59,728 bases of DNA from positions 1 through 59,728 of the IMG/VR virus record IMGVR_UViG_3300042914_003096; one strand, given 5' to 3'. Below the pieces are notes generated by a model. That model ran no database searches. It was not told where the DNA came from and worked only from the letters and a program-made list of their open reading frames with translations. Every line of letters starts with the position of its first letter. The stretch's first letter is position 1. The DNA is from a virus (Duplodnaviria; Caudoviricetes). Shown here one piece after another: positions 10,238 through 19,696 of this stretch. Position numbers and translations under genes: made by a program.

Positions 10238-10450
10238 ATGGAACTAACAGAAAAACAAAAAAATCATATTTTTAGTAAATATGAAGAATTGAAAAATGAT
10301 GAACAAACACTTGGAGAACTTCACGAAGTGATTGTTGATTATTGCCTTGATGAATATATTGTTGATTTATCTGATGATGAAGATGGTGATTTATACGAAG
10401 AATTTTCAAATGAAGTTTGGGATTTATTGGAAGAAAAATTTGGAGAATAA
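10238..10450 (+). CDS. Hypothetical acidic protein
   Basis: ORF in operon context. Confidence 0.55.
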   Translation: MELTEKQKNHIFSKYEELKNDEQTLGELHEVIVDYCLDEYIVDLSDDEDGDLYEEFSNEVWDLLEEKFGE

Positions 10451-10465
10451 TTTAAACAGGAAAAA

Positions 10466-10990
10466 ATGAAATACGCTATTACAATAGGTGGTAGAGGTGC
10501 TGAGGTTATTACGCACAAAATCACAGAAGAACAACATGGTATTTTCAGTGAAGGGAATGTAGATGAAGATCAAATGGATCATGAGGAAATAAATGATATT
10601 TTGGGTCTTGAATATTTGTTTGATGATACAGAACCAAGATTTATGGGTGCTTATCATAATGCATTATACATACAAGTTAAAGATGAGAATGATGAAGTTA
10701 TTTTTACTCAAGAAACTGTAGATTATGATAAAATAATAAGTGATGAAGTTTATTGTGATGGTAATCATTATCTTTTTATTGAAGATTATAGTAAAGGTGA
10801 TTTTTGGGTGTACAACATTGAACTTGAAGAAGAATTTGATAAAGATAAATTGGTTTTAGAATTAACCGATATTGGATGTAGAATTGATTTAGTGACGGGA
10901 ATTTCTTATGATGGTAATAAATTTGAAGACGTAAGAGACTATGGTGACACATCAAGCAAAGGATTTTACTTTAATTTAAGCGATAATTAA
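10466..10990 (+). CDS. Hypothetical acidic protein
   Basis: 174-aa ORF. Confidence 0.6.
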   Translation: MKYAITIGGRGAEVITHKITEEQHGIFSEGNVDEDQMDHEEINDILGLEYLFDDTEPRFMGAYHNALYIQVKDENDEVIFTQETVDYDKIISDEVYCDGNHYLFIEDYSKGDFWVYNIELEEEFDKDKLVLELTDIGCRIDLVTGISYDGNKFEDVRDYGDTSSKGFYFNLSDN

Positions 10991-10991
10991 T

Positions 10992-11852
10992 ATGATAGAA
11001 ACAGGAAAAATAATAAATGGTGATTGTATTGAAGTGATGAAAACGTTGCCTGAATCATCAGTTGATTTGGTGGTTACCAGTCCTCCATACGGTGTTGGAA
11101 TTGATTATGATACGCACGATGATGATGTGGTGTTTGATGAATATTTAGTTTTTGCCAAAAATTGGTTAACTGAAACATACCGGGTTTTAAAAGACGATGG
11201 TAGAATTGCACTTAACATTCCATACGAAATCAACAGACAAAAAAAAGGTGGTAGAATCTTCTTTGTTTCTGAAATGTGGCAGATTATGAAAGAAATCGGG
11301 TTTGGATTCTTTGGTATTGTGGATCTAGAAGAAGATTCACCACACAGAAGTAGAACAACCGCTTGGGGATCTTGGATGAGTCCATCAAGTCCTTACATCT
11401 ATAACCCAAAAGAATGTGTGATTTTAGCATATAAAAAACACCACATTAAAAAGGTTAAAGGAGAACCACAATGGATAGGAGTACCAACAGAAATTCAAAA
11501 TGAAGATGGAACAACAAGAACTAAAATGGTTTATGATGAAATGGATAAAAAGGACTTTATGGAGCTTGTGTTTGGTCAATGGAAATACTTTGCAGATACA
11601 AAATCACTAACCAAAGCAACCTTTTCTATGGATATCCCAACAAGAGCAATTAAAATCCTATCATATAAAAACGACGTAGTGTTGGATCCTTTTGCTGGAT
11701 CAGGAACAAGTATGGTTGCTGCTGAAATATTAGACAGAAGATGGTTAGGTATTGAACTATCACCAAATTATACACAAATAGCAACAGATCGGGTCCAAGC
11801 CTTTGTGGAACAGAAAAGACAACAGACATTAGAATTTGTAAATCCCCAATAA
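10992..11852 (+). CDS. Beta-class N4-cytosine/N6-adenine DNA methyltransferase
   Basis: VVTSPPY catalytic motif precedes the VLDPFAGSGT SAM-binding motif. Confidence 0.9.
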   Translation: MIETGKIINGDCIEVMKTLPESSVDLVVTSPPYGVGIDYDTHDDDVVFDEYLVFAKNWLTETYRVLKDDGRIALNIPYEINRQKKGGRIFFVSEMWQIMKEIGFGFFGIVDLEEDSPHRSRTTAWGSWMSPSSPYIYNPKECVILAYKKHHIKKVKGEPQWIGVPTEIQNEDGTTRTKMVYDEMDKKDFMELVFGQWKYFADTKSLTKATFSMDIPTRAIKILSYKNDVVLDPFAGSGTSMVAAEILDRRWLGIELSPNYTQIATDRVQAFVEQKRQQTLEFVNPQ

Positions 11853-11870
11853 AAGTTGGGGTTTTTTATT
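11841..11870 (+). terminator. Intrinsic terminator
   Basis: CCCCAA-taaaag-TTGGGG followed by a T run. Confidence 0.7.
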
Positions 11871-11890
11871 TTATATCATATTTATCATTA

Positions 11891-12331
11891 ATGAGGTATC
11901 TAATTAAAAAAATACTAAAAGAAGAATCATTAAAACAATCATTAAAAGATCAAGTTAAAGAATTTGGATGGGAAAAAACTTCAGAATTGGTTGGTGATCC
12001 AGAAGTTTTAGCAAACCTTGGGTTTAATAACGACCCGATGGAGTTTTTAAATTTGTTTAATGATTTAGATGTTGTTCGTAGTAAAGATCATCCATCTATT
12101 TTTATTTTGTTAAGATATGAAGAAGGTAAAAATATGTTTATATACGACACAAGAGAAGATTATAACATTGTATATCCTAGTTATTTTGATATTTGGCTAT
12201 TTTTAAAGCACGGATTTAATTTAGAGGTATTTGATAGGGAAGATATCGTTAAGGAATGGTTAGGTAACACATATGATATACATCCTAATGTTGTAGATTC
12301 TTTTGATCCTGGTGGTGGCGTCATAATCTAA
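11891..12331 (+). CDS. Hypothetical protein with LIKKILKEE leader
   Basis: Leader motif; ATATTTAT upstream. Confidence 0.6.
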   Translation: MRYLIKKILKEESLKQSLKDQVKEFGWEKTSELVGDPEVLANLGFNNDPMEFLNLFNDLDVVRSKDHPSIFILLRYEEGKNMFIYDTREDYNIVYPSYFDIWLFLKHGFNLEVFDREDIVKEWLGNTYDIHPNVVDSFDPGGGVII

Positions 12332-12352
12332 CCAAACACATATTTATAATAT

Positions 12353-13213
12353 ATGAAAATTATCCTTACTGAAAATCAATTACAATATTTAAAATCAAAT
12401 CTTTTATTAGAAGATGAAGACGTGAATGAGCACGGGTTCACAAAAGAAGAAATGAAACAAATTGAAGAATTTGTAAGAAATTCAGTTGAAGAACAATATC
12501 AGTGGTTAAAAAAAAGAGTTGAGGAATCAGAAGAAGAAGTTCGTTGGATGAAAGATAAAGAAACCCTGAGAAAATTACCAAAAGAAAATCAGGAACTTAT
12601 TATAAAAAAATATATTGAACCAAAACTAAAACAATACGAACAGGACAAAAAAGATCTTGAAACTTTTGATTTTGAAGAAAGAGTTAAAAAAGGTATTGAG
12701 TGGGATCTTGGTGGTGGAGCATACACGATGTCTTATAAAATAAGATATGATAAGTGGGTTAAAGAGGCTTTAAATAGAAAATTAACAAAAGATGATATAA
12801 TTGATCTTTTTGTTACCTCTCTTGAGGGTGGGTCTAACTATTGGTATTATATTGAATTACCTGAAGACATAAAATCATATGGTCAATACAAATCTGAAGC
12901 TGTTGGTAATTACATCTTACAGGGAGGAACAATTCAGTTTTATGATGTTGAAGAATATAGAGAAATAAAAAGAAACCTTGTTGATGGTGAATACACAATT
13001 AAAGGTGATGTTATAGATCAAAATCAATATAACGAAGATGTTGAAAATGCAAAACTTGGTTATGTTGATATGGACAAAATTTTAGAAGCTATTACAATAA
13101 TAAAAAGAGATTACCCAGAAGTATGGTCAAATATACTATTGGAAAACGCAGATGCGGGAGACGCTGATGTATTTTTACAACTATGTGTTATGGGTGATGT
13201 AGTTTATGGATAA
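12353..13213 (+). CDS. Hypothetical protein with MKIILTENQL leader
   Basis: Leader motif; ATATTTAT upstream. Confidence 0.6.
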   Translation: MKIILTENQLQYLKSNLLLEDEDVNEHGFTKEEMKQIEEFVRNSVEEQYQWLKKRVEESEEEVRWMKDKETLRKLPKENQELIIKKYIEPKLKQYEQDKKDLETFDFEERVKKGIEWDLGGGAYTMSYKIRYDKWVKEALNRKLTKDDIIDLFVTSLEGGSNYWYYIELPEDIKSYGQYKSEAVGNYILQGGTIQFYDVEEYREIKRNLVDGEYTIKGDVIDQNQYNEDVENAKLGYVDMDKILEAITIIKRDYPEVWSNILLENADAGDADVFLQLCVMGDVVYG

Positions 13214-15056
13214 TATTATGAAAAGATTAATTAAAGAATCAGGAATTAGAGATATAAATAAACTCGCAAAAAGATACCCAAAAGCAAAAATTTATTTCCA
13301 CCAAGATTTGGATGGTGTGACTACGGCCTTAGCAATGAAAAAATATTTAGAAGATTATGGTATTGAAGTTGTTGATTGTGAAATAATTCAGTATGGTGAA
13401 AAAGAATGGGCAATAAAAAAACCTGAAGGTGAGGGTAATATAATGCCAGTCCTTGTTGATTTTGCACACGGAAAACCGATGTTTAAAATCCATACAGACC
13501 ACCACGATTCACAAGTTGGTGTTGAAAAAGATACATCAACCGATTTCAAAGCATCAAGATCAAATGTTGAAACGATTTCCCAAAGAGTATCACCTAAAGA
13601 TATATTTAAAGACGATGATTTATATGTTGTATCAACAATTGATTCTGCAAATTTTGCGGCAAATCAAATTACAACAAAAATGGTAATGAATTTTATTTTT
13701 AAATACGATAAAGATTTAAGTGTTAGAAGAAATAAATTGATGATGGGTCTTGTTGTAAATAAACTACTATTGGCTTATAAAAATGATAAAGTTAATGGTA
13801 GGGACCTACTCGAATACCTTGTAATGAATTGTAAGCCATCGTTAGAAAGTTTATATAACACCATTACAAATATCGCAAAAGAACAAGGGTTTGCTGGTGT
13901 TGATGTAATGAAAAAAAATCAAGAAAAATATATTGAAGATAGAGCACAAGAAGGTGTGATTCAAAAAGAAGGTGGTGTACTTCACCAGTTTGGATTAGGA
14001 TCAATGAGAAAAGGATCATACGACAGATATACACCATTTGATATAAATCCCGATGCTGACTTTTTGGTGACAGGTATTGGTGCTCCTGTTGGTTTAGTTC
14101 AAGCATCTTGTAATCCATATAAAGAAGATAGGGAACTTAAAGGTGTTGATTTAGGGGTTATAAAAAATAAAGTACTTTTAAGTTTCAAACCTGAACTTGA
14201 AAAAGTAATACTTCCATTTAAAATAATTAAAAGGGTGTCTGAAAAAAAGGCAACAAAAGATTCAGTAGGATTCACACAAAAAGATATGAATGCAATTTAT
14301 GGTGATAGACCATCTTATGATCCTAAAACAAATACAATAAATGCTTATGACTTTTTACTTGCAAATTCTGGTGGACATAAGTGTATTACAAATATTTCTG
14401 CGATTGGATTTGTTTATAGTGGTTATGATAAACCATACGTTAAAGATCTACCAGCAGAAGCAATTCCTATTGCATTTTACGAAGGATCAAATACATTCAT
14501 ACAAGATATTAAACAAAAACTTTTAAGGTTTAGAAAACTTTCAGAAAAACAAATTCAAGCGGCAATTAATGGAATGAAAAGAGAAGGTATTGACGTTGAA
14601 GCACTTGCAAACCCAAAACAAGGAAGAGGGACGACAGAACTTACAAAAGACATAAAAGATAAGTTTGTTGAATTACTAAATGACTATATTAAAAATCCTA
14701 AACTTAACGCTGAACCTGTAACTGAATCAGTTCAAAAAAAATCACCGATACAACTATTAAGAAAACACATCAAAAGTAGACCAATAGCAAAAAATGATTG
14801 GTCATATGTTATGGAACAATTTAATTGTATTGAAGATAATAGAGGTCAGTGGAATCATCCGGGAAAATGCACACTTATCAATAGTAGTAACATTACAATG
14901 AAAAATGTTAATTACCCTTTATTAGGTATCGACGAAACAGGTCATTATAAAATAATGTTACCTGAAGAAGATTATAAATTTCCAGGAAAACAGGTTTTTG
15001 AAATCCCAATTAAAGGAAAATATGAAAAAATTGTGTTACAAATACTAAAAAATTAA
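13206..15056 (+). CDS. DHH-family phosphoesterase with an extra C-terminal domain
   Basis: HQDLDG, VLVDF, HTDHH and SGGH motifs; C-terminal SSNITMKNVNYPLLGID...FPG module. Confidence 0.75.
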   Translation: MDNIMKRLIKESGIRDINKLAKRYPKAKIYFHQDLDGVTTALAMKKYLEDYGIEVVDCEIIQYGEKEWAIKKPEGEGNIMPVLVDFAHGKPMFKIHTDHHDSQVGVEKDTSTDFKASRSNVETISQRVSPKDIFKDDDLYVVSTIDSANFAANQITTKMVMNFIFKYDKDLSVRRNKLMMGLVVNKLLLAYKNDKVNGRDLLEYLVMNCKPSLESLYNTITNIAKEQGFAGVDVMKKNQEKYIEDRAQEGVIQKEGGVLHQFGLGSMRKGSYDRYTPFDINPDADFLVTGIGAPVGLVQASCNPYKEDRELKGVDLGVIKNKVLLSFKPELEKVILPFKIIKRVSEKKATKDSVGFTQKDMNAIYGDRPSYDPKTNTINAYDFLLANSGGHKCITNISAIGFVYSGYDKPYVKDLPAEAIPIAFYEGSNTFIQDIKQKLLRFRKLSEKQIQAAINGMKREGIDVEALANPKQGRGTTELTKDIKDKFVELLNDYIKNPKLNAEPVTESVQKKSPIQLLRKHIKSRPIAKNDWSYVMEQFNCIEDNRGQWNHPGKCTLINSSNITMKNVNYPLLGIDETGHYKIMLPEEDYKFPGKQVFEIPIKGKYEKIVLQILKN

Positions 15057-15125
15057 ACTTTTGGTTAATTAACGCATATTTATATTTACCCCTGACAAAT
15101 TTTTCAGTTTTTTTATTGATATTAC

Positions 15126-15156
15126 TTGACAAATCAATTTGAATGTAATAACTTTG
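15126..15156 (+). promoter_or_regulatory. Bacteroidota-type housekeeping promoter
   Basis: TTG at 15126 and TAACTTTG at 15149-15156 match the -33 TTG / -7 TAnnTTTG consensus. Confidence 0.7.
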
Positions 15157-15221
15157 TAAAACATTAAGGAAACGACCTTGATAAGTTGAATTGACATAGT
15201 ATTAACCTTTAAAAACTTTGT

Positions 15222-15365
15222 ATGACTGAAGTTGTAAACGAAGTGGTAGAAATTTACTACTACTACAATGACAAGGGGCAAAAGTGCTACACACCGAACG
15301 CACAATTTGCTGAAATACAGGCAAGTAAGTATGAAACTTACTCAGTGTATGTAGAAAAATATTAA
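15222..15365 (+). CDS. 47-aa hypothetical protein (not in ORF track)
   Basis: MTEVVNEVVEIYYYYNDKGQKCYTPNAQFAEIQASKYETYSVYVEKY, downstream of a promoter. Confidence 0.5.
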   Translation: MTEVVNEVVEIYYYYNDKGQKCYTPNAQFAEIQASKYETYSVYVEKY

Positions 15366-15384
15366 AAAAAAGTTGACAAAGTAC

Positions 15385-15415
15385 TTGTCTAAATGAAAAA
15401 AAAGACATAACTTTG
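15385..15415 (+). promoter_or_regulatory. Bacteroidota-type promoter upstream of the large ncRNA
   Basis: TTG at 15385, TAACTTTG at 15408-15415; TAACTTTGTAAAACATT is duplicated from the previous promoter. Confidence 0.7.
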
Positions 15416-15489
15416 TAAAACATTTGAAACCTAAAGGTGATGAAAGACACTCGGAGTCAAATGTAAAAAAGAAAAACGTTCTTTGTTTT

Positions 15490-16410
15490 ATAGGCCGACC
15501 GAAAGGTTGACACACATAAAAAAAGTGAATTAACACCTCCCTTTCTTTAAGTGTTTAAATTATTAGGTCAATGGGCCGTGTATGGTCCATCCACTTCGGT
15601 GGCTTCTAACCTTCGGGTTAGTTGAAAATAAACTACGAAAGTAGGATAAAGTGAATCAGAAGTGTAACTGATTTGCGTCTTGGGAAACCGAGGTCGAGTA
15701 CACAAGCGGGATACCGTTTAATCTTTAGTACCGAGGGCGACGCTGTAGGGAAAGTGGTTAGATGATTGGGCGATGTGGGTCGTCTGATTGAGGTGGGAAC
15801 ACCAATAGGAATAACCCGTAGGAATTTTGCAAAAAATGTGGTTATCCAATCATATTATTGCGAGTTCCAATATTAAAGGAGACTTAAAACCGAAAGGTAT
15901 GTTGATGTACAGGTGGTGCTGTTATTAACCTTGACCGTTCCCCACCAAGGGATTGATCACGAAGTAGTCTTAAAATATGGAGATGGGGACATTTCAGAGA
16001 GTAGTTGAGTATCGACTCGTTCAAAAGATGGGTTGGCTCGTGGGCGGACCACTACTTTCACAATCCACGACACATAACTTATGGAAACTATTAATTCCCA
16101 AATTAAAAAGAGCATTAAGGAAAAGTGTCCGTCAGGTTTGAATGAAAGGTGACTACATAGTAATGAGCCGTTCATTGCACACAAAGATCCCAAGTCGATG
16201 TGTAATTATCCGAAAAACCTTTAGTCCCGCAAGGACGAACTGGGGAGGCATCCTCGGAAAGAGTCAAGTAAGGTGAGAGTAGTTCAAACCTCAAGGAGTG
16301 GTTCACCTAAATAACCGTCACTGAGAAATACTTCTCAAAAGGAAGTGGATAAGAGTAGAATAAATAATGACTCTAAAGGTTCTCAATAAAACGTGTAATC
16401 TCAGCGTTCT
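15490..16410 (+). ncRNA. Large structured non-coding RNA, ~900 nt (GOLLD-like candidate); ends approximate
   Basis: No credible ORF, raised GC, many tetraloop hairpins (CCAC-TTCG-GTGG, AACC-TTCG-GGTT, CTAC-GAAA-GTAG, ACC-GAAA-GGT, GTCC-CGCAA-GGAC); own promoter and terminator. Confidence 0.7.
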
Positions 16411-16443
16411 TTTTAGGTTTAATCTTATAAGAAAAAAAAATTG

Positions 16444-16476
16444 ATGGATGACGTGAAATTTGTTATCCATTTTTTT
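16444..16476 (+). terminator. Intrinsic terminator after the large ncRNA
   Basis: ATGGATGAC...GTTATCCAT followed by a T run. Confidence 0.65.
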
Positions 16477-16508
16477 GTGCCTTTAATTTTTTTTTATATC
16501 TTTGATGT

Positions 16509-16919
16509 ATGGGAAACAACAACAAAACAGGTAAGGCAATATTAGATTCGCACATTAAGGTGGTTAAAAAACTAACCAAAAGTATGAATATTAAACCACA
16601 ACAAAATGATGGTTATTATTTGGATTCCGATTTAAATGATGCCGTATTCAGAATCAAATCTGTTAGAAAATATAAACACAGACGTACTATTTGGTCTGAT
16701 AACAAAGAACAATACGTTTATGAAATTGACGTTATTGTTGATGTAAAAACGGATGGTTGGTTTAGATCTAACCTTTACTGCCAACAATACGCAAGAAGAT
16801 ATAATAATTATTACCGATCTTGTATTTTAGGTGCGACAACAAACGAATTAAAGTATTTTGGTATTGATAAAGATTGTGACATCACAATTTCAAAAATTGA
16901 ATACAGGTCTATTGGTTAA
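16509..16919 (+). CDS. Hypothetical protein
   Basis: 136-aa ORF immediately after TATCTTTG. Confidence 0.6.
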   Translation: MGNNNKTGKAILDSHIKVVKKLTKSMNIKPQQNDGYYLDSDLNDAVFRIKSVRKYKHRRTIWSDNKEQYVYEIDVIVDVKTDGWFRSNLYCQQYARRYNNYYRSCILGATTNELKYFGIDKDCDITISKIEYRSIG

Positions 16920-16956
16920 TTAAAAAAAAAGTATTACATTTGTATAAATAAAAGAT

Positions 16957-17223
16957 ATGGCGACACTTAAACACATAACAATCATTCACCCAAAGCATGG
17001 AGAAGTTTTGAACGAAACATTTATGGATGAGATTCAGTTTAAACTTTTTTTAACTTTGATTCATTCATCTATTGAATTGAATCAAAACCTAACAACATTC
17101 AATGGAAAGGACTTTTTGATTCACGTACCTTCAAATATTCTAAAGGAATGTTTGGTTATCGGAGTTGCAAAAGAAGTGTCAATGGCAGATGTTGTTTTAG
17201 CTAAATCTAAGTTGGAGGGGTAG
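16957..17223 (+). CDS. Hypothetical protein
   Basis: ORF after TTGG...TACATTTG promoter. Confidence 0.6.
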   Translation: MATLKHITIIHPKHGEVLNETFMDEIQFKLFLTLIHSSIELNQNLTTFNGKDFLIHVPSNILKECLVIGVAKEVSMADVVLAKSKLEG

Positions 17224-17290
17224 TTTCTTTGTTTCTCTTTAAAACAAAGTGGTGGCAGTTGGTTCACAAGTCCGTGAACGACCCGAAAGA

Positions 17291-17315
17291 AGGTGATGGA
17301 GACATCACCTTTTTT
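17291..17315 (+). terminator. Intrinsic terminator
   Basis: AGGTGATG-gaga-CATCACCT followed by a T run. Confidence 0.8.
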
Positions 17316-17337
17316 ATTTATCGATATATTTATTATT

Positions 17338-17706
17338 ATGGATTTAGATCAAATAATAAAAAAAGTTTTGAATGAAGAATTTATTAAATCTTCATTTTTA
17401 TATGAAGACATATATGGATCTGTCGAAGAAGTTCATTTTTTAAATGAAGCCGAATACCAAGGTAGAAAAGTACAACTTGGTAAAATAATGCAAGGAGACA
17501 TAAAAAAATTCAAAGTTTATGTTAAAAACGATAAAGGTAAAGTTGTTAAGGTAAATTTTGGTTTTGGTGGAAAATCCGCAAAAGGGAAAAGAATGGTTAT
17601 CAAAAAAAATAATCCTGAACGTAGAAAATCTTTTAGAGCAAGACATAACTGTGATAATCCAGGTCCAAGATGGAAACCAAGATATTGGGCTTGTAGAACG
17701 TGGTAA
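17338..17706 (+). CDS. Conserved basic viral protein with IIKKVLNEE leader
   Basis: KVNFG...RRKSFRARHNC...RYWACRTW motif familiar from large DNA viruses; function unknown. Confidence 0.6.
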   Translation: MDLDQIIKKVLNEEFIKSSFLYEDIYGSVEEVHFLNEAEYQGRKVQLGKIMQGDIKKFKVYVKNDKGKVVKVNFGFGGKSAKGKRMVIKKNNPERRKSFRARHNCDNPGPRWKPRYWACRTW

Positions 17707-17734
17707 TTAAAATAAAAGTTAAATTTATTTAAAA

Positions 17735-18181
17735 ATGAAAAAAAGTTATAGTAAAATTAGACACATCCAAGAAGTGAATGAAAGAATTGAAGAAGATTAC
17801 TTACAAGAACAACAAGGTATACTTAATACGGTAAAGGCTGGTGTTGCAGGGGCCGCAAAAAATGTGGCAACAAGAGCGCAAAATTTAGGAAGTGCGATAT
17901 CTTCAAAAGGCCAGAAAAAAATACCAAAAAATCCTAAGTTAGAAGCCGTAGTTAAAAAAGTGAAAGTAAGAGAAGATTATTTGAATAAACAATTAAATTT
18001 TCTTAAACAAGAATTAGAAGAATATAAACAAGAATTGTCAGCGGCGTCTGCAGCAACACCCGATTATAAGGCTGAATTTGATAAAACTGCTGGTGTAATT
18101 AATGGATATCTACAAAGTATCAATAACACCTTAGCTCAAGGTCAGTCATTACAAAATTACTCAGTAACATACACCGCATAA
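17735..18181 (+). CDS. Hypothetical coiled-coil protein
   Basis: 148-aa ORF. Confidence 0.6.
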   Translation: MKKSYSKIRHIQEVNERIEEDYLQEQQGILNTVKAGVAGAAKNVATRAQNLGSAISSKGQKKIPKNPKLEAVVKKVKVREDYLNKQLNFLKQELEEYKQELSAASAATPDYKAEFDKTAGVINGYLQSINNTLAQGQSLQNYSVTYTA

Positions 18182-18192
18182 ATAATTTTATT

Positions 18193-18492
18193 ATGTCAAA
18201 AATTATAATAACAGAAAAACAATTAGAAGAAATGGTTAAAACCATAAATGAATCACAAGCTGAAGGATCATATATGGCAAAACAACAATTATTTACCATT
18301 GCAACTTTGGCATATAAAATGTGGGAAATGATGGACGATGGTGAACAACTTGAAGATTGGATGGAAACAAAAATTGCACAATCTGAGCAATCAGTTCTTT
18401 CTGTTGTTAAATCATATCTTTATGATGAAGTTGATGAAAAAATGAAAGCAAAAAACGGAATTGATATTAATAACTTAATAATAGGTTTGTAA
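18193..18492 (+). CDS. Hypothetical protein with KIIITEKQL leader
   Basis: EGSYMAKQQL...LEDWMETKI motif; terminator follows at ~18516-18543. Confidence 0.6.
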   Translation: MSKIIITEKQLEEMVKTINESQAEGSYMAKQQLFTIATLAYKMWEMMDDGEQLEDWMETKIAQSEQSVLSVVKSYLYDEVDEKMKAKNGIDINNLIIGL

Positions 18493-18849
18493 AATAAAAA
18501 ATATTTTAAAAATTAACCCTCAGTTTTTGACTGGGGGTTTTTTATTTTATATCTTTGTTTTAAATCAAATGATATGTATGTAATAATTAAATTTATAAAA
18601 AATAGAAAAACAGGTAAAAGATTACCGGTGATCCTTTTAAATTCAGATAATGAAGTGTGGGAGTTCAAGACAGAGAAAGAGGCTGAACATATGAAAGAAA
18701 TATTTCAAAATAATTCAGATTCAGGACATTTTTATGAAATTAAAAAAATATAATAATGGAAGATATCTTTGAACAATTACACCAAGAATTTATTGAATCA
18801 GAAGATTACATTCAATACCTAACAGAATTAAATTTATACCAATATAAAG

Positions 18850-19179
18850 ATGAAAAAGAACTATAAATCATTTAAAGACATAGTGTTTAAACCCCACCCA
18901 AACTATGAGGGACAACACGGACTATTATTTTTCCCTAATGGGTATGGTATTTCTGTTGTTAGGTTTAAACTACCAAGCCCCACATCTAAAGACGGTTTTA
19001 GATATGGTTCATATACATCAAATGATAGTGAGTATGAAGTTGCAGTACTTAAAGGTGATGAAAATGATTGGGATCTTTGTTATACTACAGAAATTGGTGA
19101 TGATGTCATCGGACACCAAATAGAAAGTGAAGTTGACTATATTATGTATCAAATACAAGAACTTGAACCGTGTCTTTAG
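18850..19179 (+). CDS. Conserved hypothetical phage protein
   Basis: FPNGYGISVV...YEVAVL...DDVIG motif. Confidence 0.6.
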   Translation: MKKNYKSFKDIVFKPHPNYEGQHGLLFFPNGYGISVVRFKLPSPTSKDGFRYGSYTSNDSEYEVAVLKGDENDWDLCYTTEIGDDVIGHQIESEVDYIMYQIQELEPCL

Positions 19180-19490
19180 AAGTAACATTTGACGAATATA
19201 TTAAAGAAAACCTTCCTGAAATTGCGAAGGAAGAAATTAAGCTACACCATACTAAATTTAGTCAAGGAATTTTATTTTCGATTAAACACAAAACAAAACC
19301 AAAATTTAGTTTTTTTTCAAGTGAAGACCCAAAGGAAAATCAGTTACTTTACTGTGAACCTATTGTGTATAAAGAAATTGAAAAGTATTTTGCATCTGCA
19401 ACCGATGAATTATTAATAAAGTGGGTTGAAAAAGAATACGGATTAAATTTTTCACAAGTATTGGCATCAAACTGGGTTTATTTTTTTTAG
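19170..19490 (+). CDS. Hypothetical protein
   Basis: 106-aa ORF, GTG start. Confidence 0.5.
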   Translation: MSLEVTFDEYIKENLPEIAKEEIKLHHTKFSQGILFSIKHKTKPKFSFFSSEDPKENQLLYCEPIVYKEIEKYFASATDELLIKWVEKEYGLNFSQVLASNWVYFF

Positions 19491-19606
19491 GTATTAAAAT
19501 ATTTATATATAACCTCTCAGGGTATTTGGTACTTTAACCCTTTTGTCTAATACACGGCCGTAAATGCAATAAAAATAAAGTATCTCGGTAGTTAAGTAAC
19601 AGAAGA

Positions 19607-19666
19607 AATCATATGGTGTAATTGGTTAGCACAATGTTGGTATGGGTTTGAATCCCATTATGGTTT
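19607..19666 (+). ncRNA. tRNA-like RNA lacking the anticodon arm
   Basis: Acceptor AATCATA/TATGGTT, D arm TGGTGTAATTGGTTAGCAC, 9-nt linker, T arm ATGGG-TTTGAAT-CCCAT. Confidence 0.55.
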
Positions 19667-19696
19667 CTTTTTTTGTATTTAATCATATTTATTATT

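Noticed and set aside
15069-16193. Minus-strand ORFs at 15069, 15202, 15342 and 15957
   Set aside because: Antisense to promoters, a small plus-strand ORF and the structured RNA; no protein-like features
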